A DNA stretch of 64,000 nucleotides from a virus (lineage: Duplodnaviria > Caudoviricetes). The position numbers and the translations under genes were made by a program. The notes under the pieces are model-generated. The model saw nothing but the letters and a program-made list of their open reading frames with translations. It was not told the origin of the DNA and did no database searches. Shown piece after piece: positions 1-9,812 of this stretch; positions within the stretch are counted from its first letter, which is position 1, and each line of letters opens with the position of its first letter. Where the stretch lies: IMG/VR virus record IMGVR_UViG_3300038345_000144; one strand, written 5' to 3'.

Positions 1-1103
1 GAAACGCTCTGACCGTCTGCAAGGTCAATCTTGAATGTGAAGGTGTAAGGTGCTCCACCGTTTTCAGTCTTTCTGACTGCGATGATTGTCTGAACACCTC
101 TGGTGTCAATGGACTTTGCTCTAACGAGGATTTCGTTAGGGTCATTGTCATCATCAACTCTAATTCTCCAAGCAGGAGTAGGGTCTTCAGCAATTGCACC
201 CTCACTATCATCAGAAAGGAGAGCCATTCTTGCTTCGGAGAAAGCGGCGATGAAACTCTTTGTAACGGCTCCACCTGTCAACTTTGCATAGAGTTCTGCC
301 TTAAATGCTTCAGGTGTAGAACTTACGAGGTTGCGGGCAAGTACATCAACGAAAGCAAAGAGGTGGTCAGTATTAAGAGCCTTACCCTTAATAGCGTCCT
401 CAACAGTACCCTTACGGCTGAAGGAGATAGTTGTGTATGTTTCCTGCGGGCAAGCATCAGAGTTCTTCCACTCTGTTGTGTCATTTACAGGGATAGCATA
501 CTTCTTATCAAGTTCTGCCTTGATTTTGTTGTGCTTATCCTCAAACTCTTTTCTTGAGAACAACTTAATCATAGGCTTAACAGATGCCTGTGTAGGTGTT
601 CCAACTACAAGTCTTGCGGGGTCTGCCTTACCATACTTCGCACAGCAAGCGTTTGCGGCGAGAAAGTGACCAAAAGCGTCATCAAGGCTTGTAAAGGTGA
701 TTTCAGGACGGCAGTGTGAGAGGTATCTGTTCTGGTCCTCATTACCAGTAGGGAAAGCCTCCTGCGTCTCGAACTCATCAGGGTGGTCTGCCTGATACTG
801 CTTCCACTCAACCCTCTTCTTCTCAAGAGCCTCTGCGTTCTCTGCCTTGTAAGAGAGTTTGTGTTGCTCAACTTCCCACGGGTCAGGTCTTGTCTTTTCC
901 TTTGACTCAACAGTGTACTGTCTCTGTGTGTCAAGTGCGAAGATGGCTTCCTTTGCCTTGTCCCTTACCGACATAGCGACTGTGTAAACGAACAGGTCTG
1001 TCGGAGAGTAAGAACCATCACCGTTCTGCTCAAAGTACCTTGAGTCGATGTTAGCATCGTTCTTGAAATAAAACTTCTCGTTCTTTAATGTTTCGAAATC
1101 CAT
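1..1103 (-). CDS. hypothetical protein (partial, runs off window start; missed by ORF track)
   Basis: ATG at 1103 after a GAGGAGG RBS. Manual translation MDFETLKNEKFYFKNDANIDSRYFEQ... stays open to position 1. Confidence 0.85.
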   Translation of the reverse strand, partial: MDFETLKNEKFYFKNDANIDSRYFEQNGDGSYSPTDLFVYTVAMSVRDKAKEAIFALDTQRQYTVESKEKTRPDPWEVEQHKLSYKAENAEALEKKRVEWKQYQADHPDEFETQEAFPTGNEDQNRYLSHCRPEITFTSLDDAFGHFLAANACCAKYGKADPARLVVGTPTQASVKPMIKLFSRKEFEDKHNKIKAELDKKYAIPVNDTTEWKNSDACPQETYTTISFSRKGTVEDAIKGKALNTDHLFAFVDVLARNLVSSTPEAFKAELYAKLTGGAVTKSFIAAFSEARMALLSDDSEGAIAEDPTPAWRIRVDDDNDPNEILVRAKSIDTRGVQTIIAVRKTENGGAPYTFTFKIDLADGQSV

Positions 1104-1137
1104 TTGATTTCCTCCTCTTAATAGAATTTGTATTGTG

Positions 1138-1166
1138 ATATTAGCACGACATTTTTGAGGTGTCAA
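1138..1166 (-). promoter_or_regulatory. sigma70/sigmaA-type promoter
   Basis: TTGACA-17 nt-TAATAT with TGn extended -10, upstream of the ORF starting at 1103. Confidence 0.7.
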
Positions 1167-1239
1167 GGCTATTTCAAACACTTTTTTAGTTTAGCCCCTA
1201 AACTGTCCGTTTATTGGGACTTTTGTTATTTTTTCGTAA

Positions 1240-1662
1240 TCAAAAACAGGTCTTTTTGTCTCTGGAAACCATTATTGTAATACAGTCGGTCATCTCACCG
1301 CCTATATTATTAGCCAAATCGCCTCCGACAAAATACTCAATAGAGTAGGCTGTTTTAATGTCCCTTTCAGGATAGTCTCTCTGTAATTCTTTAAGGTAAT
1401 CATCGTCTTCCATATATATACCTATATTAAGGGCTTCTTCATTGTCCTTTTCTAAACATATATAATATTCAGACCATTGACCTTTGGGAATATCATCTAA
1501 ATCGGGGAACATCTCCTTGAGCATCTCATACGAAATTGCACTTGTTCTCTTGATAGCGTAATCCGTATCAGGAACACCGTCTTTCATATTGCGGTAAATG
1601 TCATCGAAGTAAGTCTTCAATGCCGTGGTATAATTACCCTCTAATTTTACTATATCGCTCAT
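1240..1662 (-). CDS. hypothetical protein
   Basis: 140-aa ORF, translationally coupled to the upstream ORF. Confidence 0.75.
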   Translation of the reverse strand: MSDIVKLEGNYTTALKTYFDDIYRNMKDGVPDTDYAIKRTSAISYEMLKEMFPDLDDIPKGQWSEYYICLEKDNEEALNIGIYMEDDDYLKELQRDYPERDIKTAYSIEYFVGGDLANNIGGEMTDCITIMVSRDKKTCF

Positions 1663-1847
1663 TAGTCTTCCCCTACATTCTTTGCATTTTCTTTCTTGTA
1701 TCTATGTACCCAATCTTCAGGCATAGCCCCAAGAGAACATAATTTCTCATCACCGTGAGTAAATATACACTCATCACAACCAGTAGCCATACAATACTCG
1801 GCTACTTTACACATAGCCTCAAATGCTTCTTTGTTTGTAACTGCCAT
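1662..1847 (-). CDS. small Cys-rich hypothetical protein
   Basis: AGGAG RBS; YC-x3-GCDEC-x8-C pattern. Confidence 0.7.
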   Translation of the reverse strand: MAVTNKEAFEAMCKVAEYCMATGCDECIFTHGDEKLCSLGAMPEDWVHRYKKENAKNVGED

Positions 1848-1871
1848 AATGTTTCTCCTTAAATATCAATA

Positions 1872-2132
1872 TCAAAGGTGTACTACAATGGTGGTTTCGT
1901 CCTTAATTCCTACACTGATTACTTCCATATCGCCCAATGCCCCATCATCACCACAATGATAAATTGAAAATCCTGCTCCTGATGTTACAGGCTTATAACC
2001 GCCTTCAGTTACAGGGTTATTCTTTGATAGTTCTTTTTGAGCCTCCGATGTTTCGGCTTCTACCAATACAGTCTCAATACGGTGGTCTCCAAAGTTATTA
2101 CGGCAAGCCCTTGTCAATTCTCTGTATTTCAT
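1872..2132 (-). CDS. hypothetical protein
   Basis: AAGGAG RBS, 86 aa. Confidence 0.75.
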   Translation of the reverse strand: MKYRELTRACRNNFGDHRIETVLVEAETSEAQKELSKNNPVTEGGYKPVTSGAGFSIYHCGDDGALGDMEVISVGIKDETTIVVHL

Positions 2133-2151
2133 TTCTGTATCTCCTTTACAT

Positions 2152-2211
2152 AAAAAAGCGAATACGCCGTAGGTAGTGCTTTCTAAAAACTTCCATACAC
2201 GGCATATTCGC
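2152..2211 (-). terminator. intrinsic terminator-like hairpin
   Basis: Stem 2158-2170/2199-2211 followed by T6 on the minus strand. Confidence 0.6.
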
Positions 2212-2223
2212 CTAAATCTTATT

Positions 2224-2240
2224 ATTATATATAAATAGTC
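2224..2240 (-). repeat. oriented 17-bp motif GACTATTTATATATAAT (one of about 10 copies)
   Basis: Identical copies at 10185, 48520 and 58888; variants at 11326, 26533, 35858, 58511, 61453 and 63204. Confidence 0.85.
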
Positions 2241-2242
2241 CT

Positions 2243-2536
2243 TTATTTCGGGGTTCCGAGGTATCTATCCAACAGTTCATCAATGTTCTTGTCGTTAGCG
2301 GGAACCAGTCCATACTTGAACCATTCACCATTTATGATTGTATAAAACAACTCAAATTTATTCTCTGCCAAAGTCTCTTCTGTCAAAAGAACATCATCAC
2401 CAGTGTCAAGAGTTACATAATATTTTTTGCCACCCTTACACTTTGCAAGGAAATAGTCCTTAATATAAGCCTTTGCCTCATCTGTAAACTGTCTGTTGTT
2501 AAAAATAACCATAAAACTGTGTCTCCTTTTATCCAT
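2243..2536 (-). CDS. hypothetical protein
   Basis: 97-aa ORF overlapping the upstream stop. Confidence 0.7.
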   Translation of the reverse strand: MDKRRHSFMVIFNNRQFTDEAKAYIKDYFLAKCKGGKKYYVTLDTGDDVLLTEETLAENKFELFYTIINGEWFKYGLVPANDKNIDELLDRYLGTPK

Positions 2537-3260
2537 TTACCATTTGTAATAGTTGTCTTCTGTACTTACGCAATATTTTGCGGATGCAGTCCATTTGTTT
2601 CTGGGAAAGCGGGTTATTTGGTAGTGAAACACCTCTTTCACCTGCTTTTAGTCTGGTACGGGCTTTTCTAACCTCTGTCAAATAAGTCTTAATGCCCATT
2701 CTTTGTCCCCTATCTGTGACTGTATCTTTCCACCATTTCGTAAGAAAGCCTGCGTCATATCCGTTCAATCCCTTGTTATTACGCTCAATAGCCTGTCCCG
2801 TAGCAATTTCTTCAGCAGTTTGACACTCAAACAATCTTTCGAGGGCTAATAGTGCTTGAAGGTCGTTATTGTCTATCTTCTCGTACAACTCTTCCTCGGA
2901 CCATAAATGCCTTCTGTAAAAAATCGTAGTAAGTATAAACCACTCACGGGTGTCCATATTTACGCAGTAACAAATAGCCCATTGTCTATTATCAGGGGTT
3001 TCAGCGTATTGTTGACAGATTTTTTCGAGCCGTCCTGGTATTTCCTTATCGCCTTTTATGGCTTCCTCATCATACAAGAAGAAGCCAAAGGCATATATAC
3101 CAAACTTATCACGACATAACTCGTAAAATGGGAATATTTTGGTCTGAAATTCGCTCTCATTTTTGCAAATGATGGTGCTTTCACACTCACATTGAGGGTA
3201 TTTCGCTATGAACTGCTCTCGTAATTCTTCATTCATAGACTTATCCTCCTTTTTACCCAT
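2529..3260 (-). CDS. hypothetical protein (phage-type QT..E...N..G.N..DA domain)
   Basis: C-terminal CQTAEE...NNKGLNGYDA...LRKYRRQL motif shared with 8995-9651. Confidence 0.8.
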   Translation of the reverse strand: MGKKEDKSMNEELREQFIAKYPQCECESTIICKNESEFQTKIFPFYELCRDKFGIYAFGFFLYDEEAIKGDKEIPGRLEKICQQYAETPDNRQWAICYCVNMDTREWFILTTIFYRRHLWSEEELYEKIDNNDLQALLALERLFECQTAEEIATGQAIERNNKGLNGYDAGFLTKWWKDTVTDRGQRMGIKTYLTEVRKARTRLKAGERGVSLPNNPLSQKQMDCIRKILRKYRRQLLQMVNG

Positions 3261-3562
3261 TATTCTTCTAACAGTGGCAAGATATTCTCCTTGAGGTTGT
3301 TCAATAACTCCTCTAAATCAATATCCTTGTCGTACTCACACTCGTAGATTTCGATACGGTCAGTGTCGGTATTCCACTCAAATCTAAATGGCTCATTTGT
3401 ACCATTACTGGACTCGTAATCTGCTTGTGTCTTGTAGTACAATACATCACCGTCTCCAGCGACATACTTACCTACTTTTTTAACTGAAGGGACGATTACA
3501 CCAGTCTCGATGTAGTAGAATTTCTCGCCCTTACTTTCATAAGTACCATATTCTCTAAACAT
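3260..3562 (-). CDS. hypothetical protein
   Basis: GGAGG RBS, 100 aa. Confidence 0.75.
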   Translation of the reverse strand: MFREYGTYESKGEKFYYIETGVIVPSVKKVGKYVAGDGDVLYYKTQADYESSNGTNEPFRFEWNTDTDRIEIYECEYDKDIDLEELLNNLKENILPLLEE

Positions 3563-3577
3563 TTTTCACTTCCTCCG

Positions 3578-3937
3578 TTATGAATATGTGTCTGTTTTGA
3601 CAAATATAACTGGTGGGTTCATCTCCATATTTGCTCTTTGCACTATGACATTATCCCACTGGTCAACTATTGTGTATCTTGGGGTAGATATGTACCAAGT
3701 TCCGTTGGAACAAACCATATTGATGTCTTTTTTGCCTGCTCTTTCGAAGGCGGTCTGTAACTTCATTGAGAGTTCAGCCATATCTTCGCAAACATTACCA
3801 ACATCGTCAACTTCCATACTAACCCTATAACGAGATAGCATATCTATCAGCATAGGTCGAGTAACCTCTATAAAGGTTCTGAAATTGACATTACCCATAA
3901 ATATTAAATCTCTGAATTGGTTAAGTGTTAATTCCAT
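3578..3937 (-). CDS. hypothetical protein
   Basis: 119 aa, tightly packed in operon. Confidence 0.75.
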   Translation of the reverse strand: MELTLNQFRDLIFMGNVNFRTFIEVTRPMLIDMLSRYRVSMEVDDVGNVCEDMAELSMKLQTAFERAGKKDINMVCSNGTWYISTPRYTIVDQWDNVIVQRANMEMNPPVIFVKTDTYS

Positions 3938-3942
3938 AGACT

Positions 3943-4350
3943 TTACTCCATTTCATCAAGCATTGTGGCATCAATAACTGCCCACTTGTACCCGCCTTCT
4001 TTCCAGACATAAAGGTACTCAATATCCTCCCTGAAGCACTCTCGGAGGTTCTTATACACCGTAGGCTGTCCTGTACCACACTCAATATAGCAACCGTTAG
4101 ATAGTGGGGTAAGGTCTTCGTCTTTACAGAAATTCTTAATCTTCTTTCTGTGGTCATCAAGATATTCCTGTGTGAAAATTGCCTCACAACTCTCAAATTT
4201 AACCAATTCCTCGGCTAAATCTTCTTCAGCAAATCTGCCGTGGTCATTTAATAAAGGTAACATAAAGGCAGGGTTTCCGTCCCAGTGCTTCCACATACCT
4301 AAAACTGTACCATCTTTTCTCTTGATTGCTACCATTGACCTTGTACTCAT
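3943..4350 (-). CDS. hypothetical protein, MSTR-x-xAI/HWDG family paralog 1
   Basis: MSTRSMVAIK...KHWDGNP...IEYLYVW; paralog of 4885 and 5305. Confidence 0.85.
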   Translation of the reverse strand: MSTRSMVAIKRKDGTVLGMWKHWDGNPAFMLPLLNDHGRFAEEDLAEELVKFESCEAIFTQEYLDDHRKKIKNFCKDEDLTPLSNGCYIECGTGQPTVYKNLRECFREDIEYLYVWKEGGYKWAVIDATMLDEME

Positions 4351-4362
4351 ATGTATTCTCCT

Positions 4363-4548
4363 TTAATCAACATCTGGAGGCATTTGCATAGCATACCACT
4401 CGCTTAATGCCTGCTTTCTTGCACATTCTTTCAAATCTTCTTTTAACTGCTCCTCATCCTCTTCAAAGGCTTGGCTTATACCTTTAGCCTCTTCTGGAGA
4501 TAAAAGGGCTTCAAACTCTGATAAGTCATATCTTTCTACTGTTAACAT
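4363..4548 (-). CDS. hypothetical protein
   Basis: 61 aa with RBS. Confidence 0.6.
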   Translation of the reverse strand: MLTVERYDLSEFEALLSPEEAKGISQAFEEDEEQLKEDLKECARKQALSEWYAMQMPPDVD

Positions 4549-4560
4549 AAATTTCTTCCT

Positions 4561-4875
4561 TTATTCGTATGGTATTGCCTCAAAAACGGTGTCTAAATAC
4601 TTCATTCGAAGTTCATCAAAAACACCCTCATCAATACCGTTTTCCAAACCCCAATCTTTTGCCGTTTGGTCAAAATCTGCGGGGTTAATTTCTCTTACCC
4701 TTTTCCAAAACCACTGGGTAGCAAGTGTTTCTGATACGCCTTGTTCGTCCATTATATCTTGGATAACAATGTCCATACCACACCAATCATAATAGGTTCG
4801 TGTGATAGTCTCACCTTTAAGCGTAGTTCCTGACCAGTCTTTTGTTTCTGGGTCTTGCTGGATAATTCTACTCAT
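4561..4875 (-). CDS. hypothetical protein
   Basis: GAGGT RBS, 104 aa. Confidence 0.75.
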   Translation of the reverse strand: MSRIIQQDPETKDWSGTTLKGETITRTYYDWCGMDIVIQDIMDEQGVSETLATQWFWKRVREINPADFDQTAKDWGLENGIDEGVFDELRMKYLDTVFEAIPYE

Positions 4876-4884
4876 AGTTACCTC

Positions 4885-5289
4885 TTATTTATAAGTTGTC
4901 CACTTACCGTCCTCAAATACATAGACATAGTTAAGGTCTTGTCCCAACATCTCATCTATGGTCTTGAAAAAGCCGTTTGGTTCAGCACCAGCAACAACAT
5001 TTCCGTTGTGGGTCCACATAAGAGCATACCTATTGTTTGATAATTTAACAAACTTGCCTGCTTTTTCACCCTCATACTGTTGTGGGAACTCGGTCATTAG
5101 CTCTTTCTTGAGTTTCTCACCGCAAACAGTAGAAAAACTGTGTAAGTCAAGCAACTCCTGAATAGAAGCCTTGTCCATAAAGTATGTGCGGAGTTCTCTA
5201 CCTAAACTATCAGGCATACCATCATTCCAACACCAAGCCGTTACATAACCACCCTTTTGTGGGATTGCTATAATTGCTCTTGTACTCAT
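4885..5289 (-). CDS. hypothetical protein, MSTR family paralog 2
   Basis: MSTRAIIAI...WNDGMP...LNYVYVF. Confidence 0.85.
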   Translation of the reverse strand: MSTRAIIAIPQKGGYVTAWCWNDGMPDSLGRELRTYFMDKASIQELLDLHSFSTVCGEKLKKELMTEFPQQYEGEKAGKFVKLSNNRYALMWTHNGNVVAGAEPNGFFKTIDEMLGQDLNYVYVFEDGKWTTYK

Positions 5290-5304
5290 AATTCACCTCA
5301 ATCA

Positions 5305-5703
5305 TTAAAAAGCATCAGCGTCAGGGTCAATAACAACCCACTTATATCCATTCCATATATAGACATATTCTATGGCGAAGTTATTAGGGTCACTCCAAAG
5401 TGCCTTCAGGTTTTTATACTCTTTTGGACTATCATATCCGTCAAAGATGTAATTGCCATTAGAACACTTAAAAAACTTTTCTTCTGGGTATTGTTCAGGA
5501 TATTGTGTTTGATATTTTTCTTTATCTTCAGGGGTTTGAAAACAATCACAATATCCAAACCTAACTAACTCATTAGCGAGTTCGTCAGAATTAAAGTTCT
5601 CTAAAAAAGGCATCATATAACTGGGATAACCGTCCCAATGCTTAAACATCGCCTTTAAGGAACCGTCAGCCTGCTTTATTGCCACCATTGACCTTGTGCT
5701 CAT
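5305..5703 (-). CDS. hypothetical protein, MSTR family paralog 3
   Basis: MSTRSMVAIK...KHWDGYP...IEYVYIW. Confidence 0.85.
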   Translation of the reverse strand: MSTRSMVAIKQADGSLKAMFKHWDGYPSYMMPFLENFNSDELANELVRFGYCDCFQTPEDKEKYQTQYPEQYPEEKFFKCSNGNYIFDGYDSPKEYKNLKALWSDPNNFAIEYVYIWNGYKWVVIDPDADAF

Positions 5704-5725
5704 ACTTTAATCCTCCTGCTCATCA

Positions 5726-6142
5726 TTAGATAATACCTTCAGCCTGCATAAACTCGATAACCTTTCGGTTAGCCTCTGGATTTTCCTTGATAGGCTCATT
5801 TCTCCAGTAGCAAGCCTCTGCCTCTACTCTTGAAATGCCACTAACCTCACAGAATTTGATTAGCCAACTGCTATTTCCATCAGGAGCAAATTCTTCTTTA
5901 TGCTCATCGTGGATGTAGTTAAATAACTGGGTTGTGGTCATTTTTCTTACATCCGTAGTGAATGTAGTGGCTGGAGTGTACTCCAAATTACCTGAAAAAT
6001 AATCTTTCAACAGATTAAGGGCAGTTACATCAATATCAATTGTGTGGCTACCACCTGCGGTCAGTTTAGCACAATAGCACTCTTCCTGTTCAATACGGGA
6101 AAGCATATCGTCAATAACTTTTACCTTGTAATCATCAATCAT
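5726..6142 (-). CDS. hypothetical protein
   Basis: AAGGAG RBS, 138 aa. Confidence 0.75.
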   Translation of the reverse strand: MIDDYKVKVIDDMLSRIEQEECYCAKLTAGGSHTIDIDVTALNLLKDYFSGNLEYTPATTFTTDVRKMTTTQLFNYIHDEHKEEFAPDGNSSWLIKFCEVSGISRVEAEACYWRNEPIKENPEANRKVIEFMQAEGII

Positions 6143-6144
6143 AT

Positions 6145-6591
6145 TTATTTCTCCTTACATTTAGAAGTATCAAAACCTATCGGTTTTTGTGCTGTTTCCA
6201 AGTATCTCTTCTTAATATTTGCAGTTTCTTCGCTCTTACCAAACTTATCGTTGGAGTGTTCGTCCTCCGAATAGTAATAAGATACCTTATTTGCCTTCAA
6301 AAAGTCAATCTCATCTTTTAAGAAAGCGTCGGCAACATCTAACATAACCATTGACAGTGATGTAAAGATATTCCAGTTATACTTACCTCTTAATATCAGA
6401 GGAGGGGCTAAATAAGTTTTCTCCAACTCATCGGAGGTCGTTCTTCGGAACACATAATACTCAACTAACTGCTCGCAAAACTTGACATTGTACTTGTCCA
6501 TTACATCTTGTGAGAGCATTAAGCCTGCATTACCCTTACGCCATCTTTTAACAAATTCGTCTGGTAAACTGATTAAAATGATATTACTCAT
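6145..6591 (-). CDS. hypothetical protein
   Basis: 148 aa with RBS. Confidence 0.75.
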   Translation of the reverse strand: MSNIILISLPDEFVKRWRKGNAGLMLSQDVMDKYNVKFCEQLVEYYVFRRTTSDELEKTYLAPPLILRGKYNWNIFTSLSMVMLDVADAFLKDEIDFLKANKVSYYYSEDEHSNDKFGKSEETANIKKRYLETAQKPIGFDTSKCKEK

Positions 6592-6615
6592 ATTAAATTT
6601 CCTTTCAACTTGGGA

Positions 6616-6993
6616 TTATATAGTGTATATAGGCTCGCCGTAGTCGTCGAACATATATAATTCGGTTTCTTTGTAAACTTTATCGGGAATGGTCTTGTTT
6701 GCCCACTCCATAAGCCTTTTAATGTTGGATAACTCTGATTTGCAGTTAATGTATATTTTTGACGGGTCTGACACATCAACAGCAGTCATAGAACCGCCTA
6801 CTTCTGCATCACCAACTCCGCTACTACCTACCTGAATAGAGTCAAAGGCTATATCTGTAACGGTCAACTTGTGTTCTTCTGTTATCTTGATTAAAGCGTC
6901 AATAACGATATTAGGCACTTTATTTAATCTTTCAACATAGTCTGGGCTACTGCTCCAGTCCATAAGACAAGTGATGATGTAATTCTCTAACAT
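6616..6993 (-). CDS. hypothetical protein
   Basis: Likely start at ATG 6993 (MLENY) after AGGAG. Confidence 0.75.
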   Translation of the reverse strand: MLENYIITCLMDWSSSPDYVERLNKVPNIVIDALIKITEEHKLTVTDIAFDSIQVGSSGVGDAEVGGSMTAVDVSDPSKIYINCKSELSNIKRLMEWANKTIPDKVYKETELYMFDDYGEPIYTI

Positions 6994-6995
6994 AA

Positions 6996-7280
6996 TTACT
7001 CTCCTACATAAGCACAACCGTATTTATCAAGGCACTTCTCGACATCAATACTCAATTCCTCGGCTTCCTCATTTGTAATGATAGGCTTTGTGCTGAATTC
7101 TTCGAGTAATGACGCTGATGAGCCATCGTACTTCATAGCATACCAACCATCTACCTTAAAACAGGTCTCTGGGTCAGCATACATATAATCTATCTCCAAC
7201 TCACAATCGCTTGGGATATAGGCATCTGCCTTTCTCAACTTCTCCATAAACTCTTCTTCGTGTGCATTTAGTTTAGCCAT
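6996..7280 (-). CDS. hypothetical protein
   Basis: AGGAG RBS, 94 aa. Confidence 0.75.
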   Translation of the reverse strand: MAKLNAHEEEFMEKLRKADAYIPSDCELEIDYMYADPETCFKVDGWYAMKYDGSSASLLEEFSTKPIITNEEAEELSIDVEKCLDKYGCAYVGE

Positions 7281-7301
7281 AGTCGTATTCTCCTGTAATT
7301 T

Positions 7302-7339
7302 AATAAATAAGGAGGCAGTTGATAATAACTACCTCCTTA
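7302..7339 (-). terminator. intrinsic terminator after FtsK C-extein gene
   Basis: Stem 7308-7320/7327-7339 then a T-rich tail on the minus strand. Confidence 0.65.
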
Positions 7340-7347
7340 CATTATCT

Positions 7348-8922
7348 TTAAGTATCTTGACCTCTGGACTTGAGATTTAACTTAATCTTATTTTTCTGTT
7401 CCGTAGGGTCAACATTCAACTTGATTTTAGGCTTACCTGTTGGAGCCGTACCGAGTGCAGACTCAACCTTATCCCTTGTAGGAGTAGGGTTAATGCCTGC
7501 TATCATCTCTGCGGTTGCTTCCGTCATCTCGTTAGGTTCTTCAGAGTTTTCGGAGGTCGGCTCTTCGGTTGTTGTACCCCAAATACTATTGAGTTCTTCC
7601 ATACTGATTTTAGGTGCAGTAACGCTTTCAGTTGCTCCTACCTCACCCATATTGAAATCCATATTCAAAGGGTCATTCTCACCCTCATTAGGGTCAAACT
7701 CATCAGGGTCCTTTTCAGGCTTCTTTGCCTCTTCAGGAGCGTTAGGTGTTTCAGGGGGATTGCCACCGTTCTCATCATCGTCTCCGTCATCAGGCTCATC
7801 AAGTCTGTGCTGTTTTACCCAACCAGTATTGAGTTCATCAAACTTAAGTCCACGAACCTTACACTGTTCCTCAAAGACAGGGTTCTGATATGTTAATCTC
7901 TGGTTAGTATCAAATTCCCAGTCCTTTTCAGGCTGTGTGTAATATGTCTGTGTTTCAATGATTTCGTTACCTGAACCAATAAATCCACGACCTTTGATTT
8001 CAGGCTTTGCGAGGTTAGAAATATCCTTCTCAAACATCAACTGTGAAGCACCATCATCGAAGCCACCCAAGAGGACGGACATCTGGATATTGTTCTTCAA
8101 GTCTGTTGAAATGGTGGAACCAGAGGCTCTCTGACAAGCAAGAGCAAGGTGGACACCAGCCGCACGACCAAGACGGGCAATAGAACCTAACGCACCTTTA
8201 ACCGTATCAACGGATTGGTAATCGTCTGAAGTCATCAACTCGTTCAACTCGTCGGCAAGGAATACTAACGCTTTAGGAACATAAATACCTTTAGTCATAC
8301 GGAGACTTTCGGTACTTATATATGAGTTATATCCCTTATATTCAGGCAACTGTGGGTGTTTTCCATCCCATCTACCTTCCTGCATACCGTCATAGATTTC
8401 CTGTGCGGTAAGAATGATAGGCTGTCTGCCTTCGGGATAAATTAACTTCAATTTTGCATATTTTCTGTCATTTTCGTCAAGGTCAACCGTCAACTCGAAC
8501 ATCTCATCAAACTGAACCTTCATACCGAAAATTTCAAAGTAATTAACTTCCTTTTCTTTGATTTTATAGACATTATTGACCTTCATCTGCTCCATAAACT
8601 TGAAGCGGTCCATCATAATCTTCTGGAAGTTGGCGACAGTCGCCGCCGCAGTTGGTACATCAAGAGCAACACCCTTGACACCCTTAACACCTCTCAAGAG
8701 GTTAAATTCAACTCGTTTACAGTCAACGCCGACTAATTGGAACCTGTCTTCGTTTCTGGAAACGTGACCTACGATTGACTGCTCCATAACGGATTTACCT
8801 GAATTATGGAACTCTGTACCATTAGGCATAAGGTGTATTGGATTTTGTTCCAATGTAAACCCGTAATAATTATCCTTTTTGTGTAGAGGAGTAATGGAGA
8901 AGTCTGATTGAGTAATAATCAT
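7348..8922 (-). CDS. split FtsK/TcpA-like ATPase, C-terminal precursor (40-aa IntC fused to C-extein)
   Basis: N-terminal ...FSITPL..DNYYGFTLEQN..HLMPNGTEFHN|SGKS (intein blocks F/G, His-Asn, +1 Ser). Then VDCKRVEF, Walker B LVFLADE and ARLGRAAGVHLALACQR, typical of FtsK/SpoIIIE. Acidic disordered tail. Confidence 0.92.
   Translation of the reverse strand: MIITQSDFSITPLHKKDNYYGFTLEQNPIHLMPNGTEFHNSGKSVMEQSIVGHVSRNEDRFQLVGVDCKRVEFNLLRGVKGVKGVALDVPTAAATVANFQKIMMDRFKFMEQMKVNNVYKIKEKEVNYFEIFGMKVQFDEMFELTVDLDENDRKYAKLKLIYPEGRQPIILTAQEIYDGMQEGRWDGKHPQLPEYKGYNSYISTESLRMTKGIYVPKALVFLADELNELMTSDDYQSVDTVKGALGSIARLGRAAGVHLALACQRASGSTISTDLKNNIQMSVLLGGFDDGASQLMFEKDISNLAKPEIKGRGFIGSGNEIIETQTYYTQPEKDWEFDTNQRLTYQNPVFEEQCKVRGLKFDELNTGWVKQHRLDEPDDGDDDENGGNPPETPNAPEEAKKPEKDPDEFDPNEGENDPLNMDFNMGEVGATESVTAPKISMEELNSIWGTTTEEPTSENSEEPNEMTEATAEMIAGINPTPTRDKVESALGTAPTGKPKIKLNVDPTEQKNKIKLNLKSRGQDT
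8803..8922 (-). other. split intein C-fragment (IntC, 40 aa)
   Basis: YYGFTL block F, terminal HN, followed by Ser codon at 8800-8802. Confidence 0.9.
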
Positions 8923-8994
8923 AATTTCCTCCTAAAAAATTGCTTTCAAATAAGTTGGGGAGTACCCATTAAGATACCCCCCAATCAATAAAAC

Positions 8995-9651
8995 TTAACC
9001 GTTCTGATAGTTAAGATACATTCTCTGAAGTTCCGAAGTTCTGTCGCAGAATGTCATATAGTCTCTGATTGTGCAACAAGTTGTATCAGGAGTCTTTACG
9101 GCAACATCACTCTTGGAAATTCTAATGCCGTGGAGTTCTTCTGCCTCCATAGCGTCTGTATCTTCGACAATCAATCCATTGATAAATGCGTCAAGGTCTC
9201 TGGTGTCGTGTCTACCAACCTCGATAGAACGAATAGAATATCTGGTGAGGTCAGCATAAACAAGGTCACGATACTCCATAGGTGCTGTTCCACCCTCTTC
9301 CCATACCCAAGTAGGACACTGGAAGCCCTTGAACCTTGCCATATTCTTGATGAAGGCAATCTGACGAGGATATTTCTTCAATCTCTTCTGAATGAAGATA
9401 AACAAATCCTCTGGGATATGGTTATCGTTCTTCTTTATCTCACCATAGATTTCAACTACCTTTGCACTGTCAGGAAAGTTAAAACCTTGAGCATTGTTGT
9501 AGAGTGCTACTCTCTCAATCTGCTCCTGATAGGTCTGCTTACCCATAAGGCAGTCGAGATACTCAATCAATGTCTCTTCTGGACAATACTTGTCGTTAAT
9601 GTTGTCCTCGATTGTTTTGATACGGTTAGGAATGTAGTCTCCAATTCTCAT
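8995..9651 (-). CDS. hypothetical protein (paralogous domain to 2529-3260)
   Basis: Likely start ATG 9651 after AAGGAG; KQTYQEQ...NNAQGFNFPDS...RLKKYPRQI. Confidence 0.8.
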   Translation of the reverse strand: MRIGDYIPNRIKTIEDNINDKYCPEETLIEYLDCLMGKQTYQEQIERVALYNNAQGFNFPDSAKVVEIYGEIKKNDNHIPEDLFIFIQKRLKKYPRQIAFIKNMARFKGFQCPTWVWEEGGTAPMEYRDLVYADLTRYSIRSIEVGRHDTRDLDAFINGLIVEDTDAMEAEELHGIRISKSDVAVKTPDTTCCTIRDYMTFCDRTSELQRMYLNYQNG

Positions 9652-9812
9652 AGTGTTTCTCCTTTTTCTTTGCATAATAAAACCTCCCACTTTTCGCAGG
9701 AGGTTCTATTTCTTTCGGAGGACCTGTTCTGGACCTTTGAAAGAGTTATTAAAGTAATATCGTATTAAACCCTATTCCAGAAGGTTTAATCGCATAAGTT
9801 GTGGACAGGTGA

